Shown here piece by piece: positions 51,936 through 63,060 of a stretch of DNA of 64,000 nucleotides. Both the position numbers and the translations under genes were made by a program. The stretch covers positions 1,364,001 through 1,428,000 of the forward strand of contig JBLDXI010000002.1 in NCBI GenBank assembly GCA_047495785.1, read 5' to 3'. The DNA comes from Lepidodermella squamata (Eukaryota > Animalia > Gastrotricha). Under the pieces are notes generated by a model, which had not been told where the DNA came from, made no database searches, and saw nothing but the letters and a program-made list of their open reading frames with translations. Within the stretch, counting starts at the first letter, position 1. Every line of letters begins with the position of its first letter.

Positions 51936-52453
51936 ATTTTTCAGCTTTCATTAAATAAAATAATTTTAATCCTTTTAATTTGTATTTTCAATGAGTGTTC
52001 CCAAACTATTTAGCAAGTGCCGGTGTTTTCAGATGAATATCGTCCAGTAATAAAACGCTCTAGGGACAATTGTTTCTTCTCTCAAAAGATGACTGTTATG
52101 ATGAAGTGAACAATTGGAAAGAGCATTGGAAAGTTTATTATCACTCGAGAGCGCTTCAACAATGCTTACGTGGCCTTTTGCCCCTAATGACTGATGCGCT
52201 GTGGGCCCTACGGTAGCATTGTGGCGCCGAGAGTGACTACACTCAACCCACTCACAAGTTGTAAGATTAGCACAGTAATAAAAAAGCTCTTCAAAGTCGA
52301 CGTCATGTTTAATTTCGCATTTCGCAGACGTGGCATCTCGCTATTTGCGCGAATTTTTTAAAATTATGATATTTAATCTTCCCTCAACTCCCCGTTAATC
52401 CACCTTATAAATTGTTAATATACCTTTGAATTAGGCAATTGGTTAGTTATACC

Positions 52454-53419
52454 ATGGCTAAACTATTGCTGACCGTTGTTTTCCTCGGCTACTTCGCATA
52501 TGCCAATGGCTTCCTGGAGAACTTCTACGCGTATCAAAACCCGACACAGATCATCAACAGCTTCCGCGATTCAGTTTTCGTCACCACTCTTCGCCTCAAA
52601 CGAGAAGCTGCGATTCATCAAATGATCCTCGACCACCTGAAGGCGATGATTGCGTTCCAGAGCGAGAAGGACAAGGAGATTGACGAAATGACGGACTCGA
52701 TCACAACCCTGGTTCTTGATCTGCCTAACCTGTACCCGAAAGTGCTCAACGCCTCGACTCATCTGGTTGAATACCTCAAGAATTTGACCGAACTACGGAA
52801 CAAGCAAGACGAGCTGGAACACAGCACTTTCCTCGGCTATGACGAAGTTCTAGATCGTAAGCTTATCGTCAGATACGTCAATTTATTATAATTTTTGCTT
52901 TTTTTGTGTGATCAAGGTCTTCGCGAAATCATGACCAACCTCGGAGCCAAGTCTGATGAGCTGCCGCCAGAAGCGTACGAGGCGATTGGTGACATTCGCA
53001 AGCGCCCGACTTACGACTACGCGCTGCGAGTTCGCCAGGAAAAGATTCATTTCGATGAAGGCATGAAGTACTTCAACGAAGAGAAATGGGAGGAGGCGTA
53101 TGAAGCGTTCGTCAGGTCGTGGCTAGCGTACAATGACACGTTGAAGATCGGCTCGCGAGCCCTTGTCAACATTTTGAACATCCACGACCACGTTCAGTAC
53201 ACGGCTTTCAAGACCGGGCGGCTGGAACGCGCCATCGAAGTCGCGTCTCTCATTGCTGACAGCGAAATGTGGGTCGAAGATACGCGCCAACGCCAGCGCG
53301 ATAACATCAAGCACTACCGGGACCTTCTGAGCGGCAACGCGACCACGACGACGACTGAAACAACAACAACCGAAACCGCTACCGAGGCGACACCGACCGA
53401 GACCAAGTCCGAGCTATAG
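52454..53419 (+). CDS. P4H-alpha-derived non-catalytic protein (signal peptide, N-domain, TPR/PSB, Thr-rich tail, C-terminal KSEL); exons 52454-52856, 52917-53419
   Basis: Aligns with the N-terminal half of copies 1 and 3, with the same phase-1 intron; ends ...TTTTETTTTETATEATPTETKSEL*; AATAAA follows near 53485. Confidence 0.82.
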
Positions 53420-54081
53420 AATTCGAATAATTGCTCATTAACAATCACGTTACGTAGGATCAATATGACACATCGTTTGGTGCAATAAAAAAGCGAAGGA
53501 AAAAAAACCGCACTCATCTTTCATCTTTCAGCGAAATTTATACCGCACACATTTTTTAATAAAAAAAAATGGTGTATGACAAAAAACAAACAACACATCT
53601 CCTGTCGAGAGTCAGGTAAACAGTAGCATCTATTTATATAACTATACAGCGGCTTTTTGAAAATATAACGCTGTTTTACGTTGTGCCCAGCAGCCGTCAT
53701 GCATTACTCGTTAACTAATAGCGTTTCTTTAGCTTGAGTAGTATAGCAGTATAACGATTCTCGCAGCACGCGCGGCACAGGTGGTACTACTACACGACGG
53801 CAGCAATACAATACTAGGCAATGTATAATAATGCAGCGACAAGAGGCATTGTTGAATCCTATCGACTAAATAAACTTTGGCTCGACAGCGCGAGTTGAAT
53901 GTATATGCAAGACTGTCATTACTTGTGCCCCATATATTTATATTGATGTTCCTGTTCGCCGTCGCGGTTGAAGACACTTTGACAAGTAGAATGTTGCTTC
54001 TGTCTAGCGTCTCATTGATGTATCATCCAATTGCTATTAAATTAATTCACTTTTAACGTAGGAATTAGGCCATTTGACAAC

Positions 54082-56011
54082 ATGCGAGTGGTGGCAGTTA
54101 CTGTCTACCTGTTCGTGCTGCTGTCATCTGCCCATGGCTTTCTCGAATTTTTGTCTAGTCTCTCGCCGACTCGCATTGTCGACAGCTTCCGCGAACTCAT
54201 CGCCACATCACGGCGCCAAATCGAATCGGAAATCGAAGCGCATAAAGCGATGTTAGCTCACCTGGAAAAAATGCGAGATTTCTCGTTTGACGAGGAGAAA
54301 AAACTCGAAGTTATGGCTAGCTCAATCACGGCCTTAATGATGGATCTACCGAATTTGTATACGAAAGTGAAAGCGTCCAGTGACCTTCTCGTATCTCACG
54401 TTATCACCCTAAACGAAATCCAAAACAAGATGAACTCAATCAGAAGTCAATCCTATCTAGCTATCGATGAAGTGATAAAAAGTGAGTCAATAAATCTCCC
54501 TTAAAATTATCCTAATATAAAACCCTAACCTTTAGGAATCCGGGAATTGATGAAATCGATGCATGCCAAGAATGACGAATTACCTCCCCTGGTTTTTGAA
54601 CTTATAGAGCCTCACCGGAGGAGGCCGGAATACGGCGAGGCCGAACCGGAAGGTATTGCCGGGAACTACGACGAGGCGAAGGAGCGGGAGCTGTTTGACA
54701 AGGCCTTCCAACTTCAAAAAGATGAAAAATTCCAACCAGCCTACGAGATGTTTATGGAATCATGGCGAGCTTACAACAGAACAAAGCAATTAGGAATTCC
54801 GCATAGCTTGGACGAAGTCTACATCCTGGACTACGTCCAATACACTGCTTTTAAAACTGGCAGGGTAAAGGAGGCGCATGCAGTTTGCCAGCGATTGCTG
54901 AACCAAATCGAACTGACCGAAGAGCAACGAAATCGGTTTACCAGCACCAATAGATTCTACGAACAGGAACTTTCCGCTGAATCTCTGAAAGAAATGGCGA
55001 AGAAAATCGACGACGAGCCGATTGAGAAGCAAGTAGAAATGGCGAATATGTTAGTGGCAACGAAGCAATACGACTATTGCCGTGATGACCATGCTGCCGA
55101 GGCTCTTATGAAATTGGCCGCTAATCCTAAGCTATTCTGTCGATACGACAACCGTAATCGTAATCCTGTTCTACTGCTTGCGCCAGTTCGCGAGGAGTTC
55201 ATCAGCATTGATCCTCTAGTCGTTATTCTTTACGACGTAATTTTGCCGTCTGAAATCGAGCAGTTTCAAGCGACTGCCAATAAAACGTTGTCGGTTGCCG
55301 GTGTTGTTAATTCGTCGAATTACGGCACTGAAATTCAACTTCACACCAGAAAGGCTAAAACCGCATGGATTGAAACCAACAATTTACCCCGTTTAACGAC
55401 TCGTTTAGAGGCATACACTGGTCTGAATCCCTACGAAGATGGTTGTGAAATGTACCAAGTCGGTTACTACAAAATTGGAGGACGTAAGTCTATTACAATC
55501 TTTTGAGTTTTTCTATTTTCAATAATTCCAAACAGATTACAGCCCCCATTATGACACGTTGTTCGAGGCAGCAACTGAAAGTGGTTTGGGCGATAGGATA
55601 GCGACACTGCTGATTTACATGAACGATGTTGAGGAAGGTGGTGGTACGGTGTTTACTGATTTGAAAGTTCGCGTTACTGCTACAGCTCGAGCCGGTGTTT
55701 TTTGGTACAATTATTTCAAGAATGAAACTGCTGACATGAGAACTATGCATGGTGCTTGCCCTGTAATCCGCGGTGAAAAATGGGTTAGTTTTCTAATAAT
55801 CCATATTATAGGAAATATTTCAAGTTTTTTCGTTCAGGTCTCTAATAAGTGGTTCCGGTGGAGGGGCCAACTGCTGCATAAATTGCAAGGAAAATCGCCT
55901 GAGGAGAATTTTTCATTCGCCGACTACAATTTGACCCCGGCGGCCATACAACTTCGCAGCGAGCGTAATAAACCGCCTGTAACTGAAACACTTCCTCGTA
56001 AACTCAGCTGA
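54082..56011 (+). CDS. Collagen prolyl 4-hydroxylase alpha subunit-like, full length (copy 3); exons 54082-54481, 54536-55483, 55536-55783, 55838-56011
   Basis: Same architecture as copy 1: [42 protein letters not shown]. Confidence 0.92.
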
Positions 56012-56211
56012 ACAAAGGTTCATTTTTTACAAATCCTGTATCCATGTCATTCCAAAAATATGTTATCGCGTAATGAAACTTTATATTTTTACTAAATTAC
56101 TGAAAAAATAAAGTGTGCTGGAACGTATTTTAATTCAAGCAATGTTTTGAACAACGAACGTACGACCGTCAACACGTAAACATCTTTTCACTTGGTAATA
56201 CGCGAGTTGCG

Positions 56212-57030
56212 ATGAACAAGGTTTTACTCGTAGCTTCCTTAGCCGTCTTGGCTATTCTCCCGGAGAACTTTTTCACTTTCGTCTACCAAGCAACTCGAGA
56301 TTCTGTCCTCGGCCTCATTTACGACAACACCGAAGGTTACCTGTTTAGCAAAGGTGAATCGCTGAAGAACGAGGGAAAATGGGACGAAGCTCTCGAGGCC
56401 TTTCAAGAATCTTGGAAAGCCTACAACAAAACTGAAGAGAACGGCGGGTTTCATTTTGTCGATCTTCTGACTTTGCTGGACGGAATACAACTGATAGCGT
56501 TCAAAGCCGGGAAATTCGCTTACGCTAAGTCGGTCTGCGCTCTGATTTTGGAAAGCGAGAAGATTGAGCTGGATGAGACACAACGGTACACGCTGCAGCG
56601 GAATATCGATTTGTATGAGCAGCAAATAACTGCTGAGCTGCATAAGGAGCTGGCCGATTCTGAGGGTGGCACTGAAAGGGATTTTTGGGATGTTGGGTTC
56701 CAGTTTATCAAGTCCGAAAATTGGGCCGATGCTTACGAAAACCTTCAGCAGTCGCTACGGATTCACAATAAGGCCGTCGAGCTCGGGCTGCCGAGCATCA
56801 TTCCCGAGATTCAAATTCTAGACCTCATTCAGTACACTGCGTTCCAGCTTAAACAGTACGAAGATGCGTTCGAAGTCTGCTGGCGTATTGTATACGATTT
56901 GGAGTTAAGCAAAGATCTCGCAGCTCAGTACAAACCTACAGTTGACAACTGCAGGGTGAATCTCAGAAATAACCCTGGCTTTAAACCGAAAAGAGCTCGT
57001 GATTATGATGCTAGTGCTTATGATGACTGA
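56212..57030 (+). CDS. Secreted/ER protein of two tandem P4H-type TPR/PSB modules, without catalytic or N-domain
   Basis: Signal-like N-terminus; two repeats of F.KG...W..A...F..S...YNK....LD.IQ..AF....A..VC..I, matching the PSB region of the neighbouring P4H genes. Confidence 0.8.
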   Translation: MNKVLLVASLAVLAILPENFFTFVYQATRDSVLGLIYDNTEGYLFSKGESLKNEGKWDEALEAFQESWKAYNKTEENGGFHFVDLLTLLDGIQLIAFKAGKFAYAKSVCALILESEKIELDETQRYTLQRNIDLYEQQITAELHKELADSEGGTERDFWDVGFQFIKSENWADAYENLQQSLRIHNKAVELGLPSIIPEIQILDLIQYTAFQLKQYEDAFEVCWRIVYDLELSKDLAAQYKPTVDNCRVNLRNNPGFKPKRARDYDASAYDD

Positions 57031-57401
57031 ACAAAATCGGGAGGTTCCAATATTCTCTTCACGATCAAAAATAAAAAGAAAGAAAGCTAATGCAGAAGCC
57101 CGATATGCAATCCAAGAAAAACAAGGTTGAACCAGGAGTATATAGCCAATTTATTTTCAATCTTATACTTGTTACAACACGCCAACATTACAAAAACTAC
57201 TAGAAACGGCTAGCTCAGCAGCGCTTACAAAATAAAACAAGAAACAAACAGTACCACTTCGGCCCAATAGGGCAGCTGGGGAATATTCATTATTTTCTAT
57301 ATATATAGGTAAGTCTATAATTGTGATAAATCATTGTCAAAATTACCGAGAAGGTGCCAAGCAAATGTTTTAAATGCGGAGGTTTCAAGCTATGTCATGA
57401 G

Positions 57402-60400
57402 CTACAGATCGGGTGTAACTAGTTTAGCAGCGTTTTCTGCCGCCGATAAAAGTTCGGTAGTTTTCTGTTTTTCTTCTGTAAATCCATACCCCGAACCGAC
57501 CAATTGCAAAGCTGTTCGATCCTTCTTGTCTTTCGACAGAGCATCAACGCCGAATTGCTCAAGGAGTAACTTAACAACATCTACACTACCCCATTCAGCT
57601 GCGTGGTGCAATGGCGTCTTGCCGTCCTTATCCTTGTCGTCAGCTTTGGCTCCGAAATCTCGAATCAGCAGGTTTACAACTTCTGCATGACCACCGTGAG
57701 CTGCGTAGTGCAATGGAGTCATGCCGTTCTCATCCTTGTCGCCAGCTTTGGCTCCAAAATCTCGAATCAGTAGGTTTACAACTTCTGCATGACCACCCTG
57801 AGCTGCGTAGTGCAATGGAGTCTTGCCGTATTTATTCTTGTCGTCAGCTTTCGCTCCAAAATCTCGAATCAGCAGGTTTACAACTTCTGCATGACCACCC
57901 AGAGCTGCGTAGTGCAATGGAGTCATGCCAAATAATTTATCCTTGTCGTCAGCTTTGGCTCCAAAATCTCGAATCAGCAGGTTCACAACTTCTGCATGAC
58001 CACACTGAGCTGCGTAGTGCAATGGAGTCCAGCCGTCCTTATCCTTGTCGTCAGCTTTGGCTCCAAAATCTCGCATCAGCAGGTTTACAACTTCTGCATG
58101 ACCACCTCGAGCTGCGTAGTGCAATGGAGTCATGCCAAATAATTTATCCTTGTCGTCAGCTTTGGCTCCAAAATCTCGAATCAGCAGGTTCACAACTTCT
58201 GCATGACCACCCAGAGCTGCGTAGTGCAATGGAGTCCAGCCGTCCTTATCCTTGTCGTCAGCTTTGGCTCCAAAATCTCGAATCAGCAGGGTTACAACTT
58301 CTGCATGACCACCTCGAGCTGCGTAGTGCAATGGAGTCATGCCAAATAATTTATCCTTGTCGTCAGCTTTGGCTCCAAAATCTCGAATCAGCAGGTTCAC
58401 AACTTCTGCATGACCACCCAGAGCTGCGTAGTGCAATGGAGTTAAACCGTCCTTATCCTTGTCGTCAGCTTTGGCTCCGAAATCTCGAATCAGCAGGGTT
58501 ACAACTTCTGCATGACCACCTCGAGCTGCGTAGTGCAATGGAGTCTTGTCGCCCTCATCCTTGTCGTCAGCTTTGGCTCCAAAATCTCGAATCAGCAGGT
58601 TCACAACTTCTGCACGACCACGTTGAGCTGCGTAGTGCAATGGCGTCTTGTCGCCCTCATCCTTGTCGTCAGCTTTGGCTCCAAAATCTCGAATCAGCAG
58701 GTTCACAACTTCTGCATGACCACGTTGAGCTGCGTAGTGCAATGGCGTCTTGTCGCCCTCATCCTTGTCGTCAGCTTTGGCTCCGAAATCTCGAATCAGC
58801 AGGTTTACAACTACTGCATGACCACCCTCAGCTGCGTAGTGCAATGGAGTCCAGCCGTCCTTATCCTTGTCGTCAGCTTTGGCTCCGAAATCTCGAATCA
58901 GCAGGGTTACAACTTCTGCATGACCACCCAGAGCTGCGTAGTGCAATGGAGTCCAGCCGTCCTTATCCTTGTCGTCAGCTTTGGCTCCGAAATCTCGAAT
59001 CAGCAGGGTTACAACTTCTGCATGACCACCTCGAGCTGCGTAGTGCAAAAGCGTCTTGTCGCCCTCATCCTTGTCGTCAGCTTTGGCTCCAAAATCTCGA
59101 ATCATCAGGTTCACAACTTCTGCATGACCACGTTGAGCTGCGTAGTGCAATGGAGTCCAGCCGTCCTTATCCTTGTCGTCAGCTTTGGCTCCGAAATCTC
59201 GAATCAGCAGGGTTACAACTTCTGCATGACCACCTCGAGCTGCGTAGTGCAATGGAGTCTTGTCGCCCTCATCCTTGTCGTCAGCTTTGGCTCCAAAATC
59301 TCGAATCAGCAGGTTCACAACTTCTGCATGACCACGTTGAGCTGCGTAGTGCAATGGCGTCTTGTCGCCCTCATCCTTGTCGTCAGCTTTGACTCCAAAA
59401 TCTCGAATCAGCAGGTTTACAACTACTGCATGACCACCCTCAGCTGCGTAGTGCAATGGAGTCCAGCCGTCCTTATCCTTGTCGTCAGCTTTGGCTCCGA
59501 AATCTCGAATCAGCAGGGTTACAACTTCTGCATGACCACCCAGAGCTGCGTAGTGCAATGGAGTCCAGCCGTCCTTATCCTTGTCGTCAGCTTTGGCTCC
59601 GAAATCTCGAATCAGCAGGTTCACAACTTCTGCATGACCACGTTGAGCTGCGTAGTGCAATGGAGTCTTGTCGCCCTCATCCTTGTCGTCAGCTTTGGCT
59701 CCAAAATCTCGAATCAGCAGGTTCACAACTTCTGCATGACCACGTTGAGCTGCGTAGTGCAATGGCGTCTTGTCGCCCTCATCCTTGTCGTCAGCTTTGG
59801 CTCCAAAATCTCGAATCAGCAGGTTCACAACTTCTGCATGACCACGTTGAGCTGCGTAGTGCAATGGCGTCTTGTCGCCCTCATCCTTGTCGTCTGCTTT
59901 GGCTCCGAAATCTCGAATCAGCAGGTTTACAACTACTGCATGACCACCCTCAGCTGCGTAGTGCAATGGAGTCTTGCCAAAAACATCCTTGTCGTCAGCT
60001 TTGGCTCCAAAATCTCGAATCAGCAGGGTTACAACTTCTGCATGACCACGTTGAGCTGCGTAGTGCAATGGCGTCTTGTCGCCCTCATCCTTGTCGTCAG
60101 CTTTGGCTCCAAAATCTCGAATCAGCAGGGTTACAACTTCTGCATGACCACCTCGAGCTGCGTAATGCAATGGAGCCTCGCCGAACCTATCCTTGTCGTC
60201 AGCTCTAACACCGTTTTCGTTTAACAGGCTTCTAACAAGCTCAGCGTTACCACATTCTGCAGCGATTTGAAGCATTGTCCTTCTGTAACCATCCGCATCG
60301 CTCATTGTGCATCTTTTCAGCAACGTTATTGACCCGTAAAGATCTTCTGCTCCACGGTGCAAGTTGAGCAGATCATCATAGGTTTTGCTTTCAATCAGTG

Positions 60401-61912
60401 GAATCTGTAATTCAACAATATGACGAAATGATTTACGTATTCAGTTTTTAATTTGATTCAGAATTGCTTTTTCTGCTCTGTTTTTCGTTACAATGTTTCG
60501 GTTGTACTCAAATGAACTAAGCCAAACCAAAATAAACCGAAATGTGCGGGCTAGATGCTCCTATAAAGCAACCTATAACGTCTACCCTAACAGTTATTTG
60601 TGGCTCTCAATTTTCTAGGCTGTACGTAGTTATTTATTAGCACCACCCGAGCAATATAGTACTTATGTATCGAGATGAAGAAAAGCACTTACTACGTCTC
60701 TCACGGCATCAACGAGTCCCACCTCCTCTGGCCAGTAAGCTTTCTCCAGCAAATTCGCAGCAGATGGCCGCCTTCCCAATTCATTATCGAGCAGCCTGTC
60801 GGGGCAGCTCATCATCCAGTTCACAAAATCTCTGCATTGCTGCGAATATCCTCGTGATTCTTCGTGTGGTCTTATATGGAATAGTAATATCCTTTAAAAG
60901 CTCATCATTTTAAATGTTAAGCGCTCACAATATCGTCATCCATTCAACCCAGGTTGGCCTAGTGAACTGAATGAAGCAAATTAATTTAACGCATATAGGC
61001 TATTCTGGCTGAGATTTTTTGCAAGAATTACTGGCTTCCTGTTGTTAGCAAGCTCGTACAGCGTAACCCCTAGTGACCAAATGTCTGTCCTTGGCGTATG
61101 CTCGCGGAAACCCCACAAATCGGGTGACATATACTCCTTCGTACCCAGGATTAATTCATCATCGTTTTCGTGCACCCTGCTCACAGACCTAATATCAAAG
61201 AGCTTAGATTTATGAACTAACATCATTTTGGTTTGATTGCAAAACTTCACCTCTGTAAGATTTTAACCAGCCCAAACCCACCCAATTTCAACCATTTTCT
61301 ATCTTCACTGACGTAGATATTTCGCGGCGTTATGTCTCGGTGGACAATGCCCTTCTTATGAAGGTAATTGACCGCAAGTAGTAGCTGGTCAACCCATTCA
61401 ATGAATTGCGTTTCAGTTATGCTGGATGTGTGCGGGTCGCGAATGTAGCTCTCAAGAGTTCCTCCAGCACAATGCTCCATCACAACATAGTACATTTCGC
61501 AATCCTGATTGTCTGGATTCGAGCCTTTGTACATTTCTAGCGAAAGATCACCTTGTTATATGATGTAAAATATTCAAAACTATCGGCACCTCTGAATGCT
61601 CCAAATATCCGAACTATCAGGGGATGATTAATCTTCATCAACTTGGCGTGCTATTTTTGAGAGAAAAATCATAAACAAATTCACAAGTAATATAGTTATT
61701 ACATCTCGTAAGCTCGTTTCAATGACCTCTTCCACTTGTCTATTCTTGTTGTATTGTTGATCTAATCTAAGTCTGGTCAAATTGACCTCTTTGGCGATGT
61801 AACGCTGAGGACCGTAATAGCGCTTTCGAACTATGAACGCTTCCCCATGTTTACCAGCTCGTCCCAGACTTTCGACTATGCTGAACTGGTTGGATGAAGT
61901 AAACAAAGCCAT
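57402..61912 (-). CDS. NEK-like (pseudo)kinase fused to about 28 ankyrin repeats; proposed exons 61912-61703, 61650-61590, 61536-61251, 61188-61032, 60966-60929, 60870-60693, 60404-57402
   Basis: Kinase subdomains YIAKEV, HPLIV, VVMEHCAGGTL, YLHKKGIVHRD, GTKEYMSPD, DIWSLGVTLYEL, RRPSAANLL are joined by 52-65 nt introns. A phase-0 GTAAGT (60692) to TACAG (60405) splice puts the kinase in frame with the 986-aa ankyrin ORF. Both parts are confident; the fusion is inferred. Confidence 0.72.
57630..60188 (-). repeat. Coding tandem array of 25 near-identical ankyrin repeats (22 x 102 nt + 3 x 105 nt)
   Basis: Unit xxxxTPLHYAAxxGHAEVV[NT]LLIRDFGAKADDKD counted from the translation; unit lengths sum to the 2559-nt span. 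Confidence 0.95.
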
Positions 61913-62157
61913 TCTTAGCACACTTCAGACACTTCAGCCAGAAGAAAAATAGGGAAAAATAATAACCAAGCGAACCCTGAAAAACAAATATAATTTTCTG
62001 GCCTTTCTTATTCGTAGGAAGACAGGAACAGATAAAGTCGGCGTGATATCTCGACTGATAATATCATTCATTTTACAAATCTGTTAAAATGCGAATTTCC
62101 TCTTTATCTGATATCACTCAAATCCCACTTTTTGAAACATCAAGCAAGCGAAGGCAG

Positions 62158-62201
62158 TGTTTTATCTATTACGGTTGATTAGTGCCGTAATAGATAAAAC
62201 A
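62158..62201. repeat. Perfect 17-bp inverted repeat with 10-nt loop
   Basis: TGTTTTATCTATTACGG (62158-62174) and CCGTAATAGATAAAACA (62185-62201). Confidence 0.9.
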
Positions 62202-63060
62202 GCCAGTTCGTTTTTGAAAGAATATAGGGTTTTGAGCTGTTTGGCGGCGATAGCTGTGAATTTTATCTATTGAGGGGAAGCCGAGGAAGGGAGACCAGAC
62301 ACAGCCGAGGCGACAACCCGAGTGTGCAAACACCAGGGTGTTTTAAGGGTGTTTGTTCCAACAAGTGTGCTCATTCTTCGAACAGCTGATGTCATCGCCC
62401 GACGAGCGAAAATCTGACGAAAAAGAACTGAAGCTACGCTTTCAAAATGCCCTCGCGGAAATTTGCGACCCGTATAAGCACAACTGTTTCAGAGAGCTTA
62501 ATTCAAAATTTGAAAACAAGTATCATTTCTCGACATTTTCTTTAGCTTGATGAAACTTGGAATATCTTTTTGGCTCCAGTAATTTGTATCACTGATTCCC
62601 TCGCTGCGGTAGTCAGAAATTTAGCTGCGAATTCATGAAAGAAAGATGTTTGAAAAATGAATTAAGGCGCAACAAACGCAGATCAAAAATTGCAAAATAT
62701 AGATCCCGAGCTGAAAATCTCACTGAAATTACCCGATAGCAGATAACGGCCGACTACAATTTTTATCATTTGAAACTGAACCTATACCACTGCAGAATTT
62801 GTCTCAAAAACAACGTATAGGAGCCTGCGTTTTCAATGACATTCAGAAATTCTCAGACTCGGATGGGACATATATAGCTTGTTCATCACCGGTTTCGGTG
62901 CGCTTTCAGACACAGGTAGGATCACGTATTGTGTCGTTACCGCAGCACGTTCAAAACACCATCGTCCAGACGATGTATACATCACATAAATACACAATGT
63001 AGGTAACACACAATGCGCTTATTGTGCTAAACTTTTATACATTTTCACATAAATAGAGAT

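Noticed and set aside
57630-60188. TALE-like or CRISPR-like interpretation of 34-aa/102-nt repeats with variable di-residues
   Set aside because: The units are clear ankyrin repeats (TPLHYAA..GH..VV.LL), not TALE repeats. The variable parts are short, recurrent and in frame, not unique spacers, and there are no cas genes in this eukaryotic DNA.
57611-60224. Long + strand ORFs (593, 570, 250 aa) over the repeat array
   Set aside because: Antisense shadows of the ankyrin repeat: a stop-free 102-nt unit stays open when repeated. No independent protein features.
62353-63002. Short ORFs between the kinase and the last P4H gene
   Set aside because: Could not be joined into an open spliced frame, and no recognisable motif.
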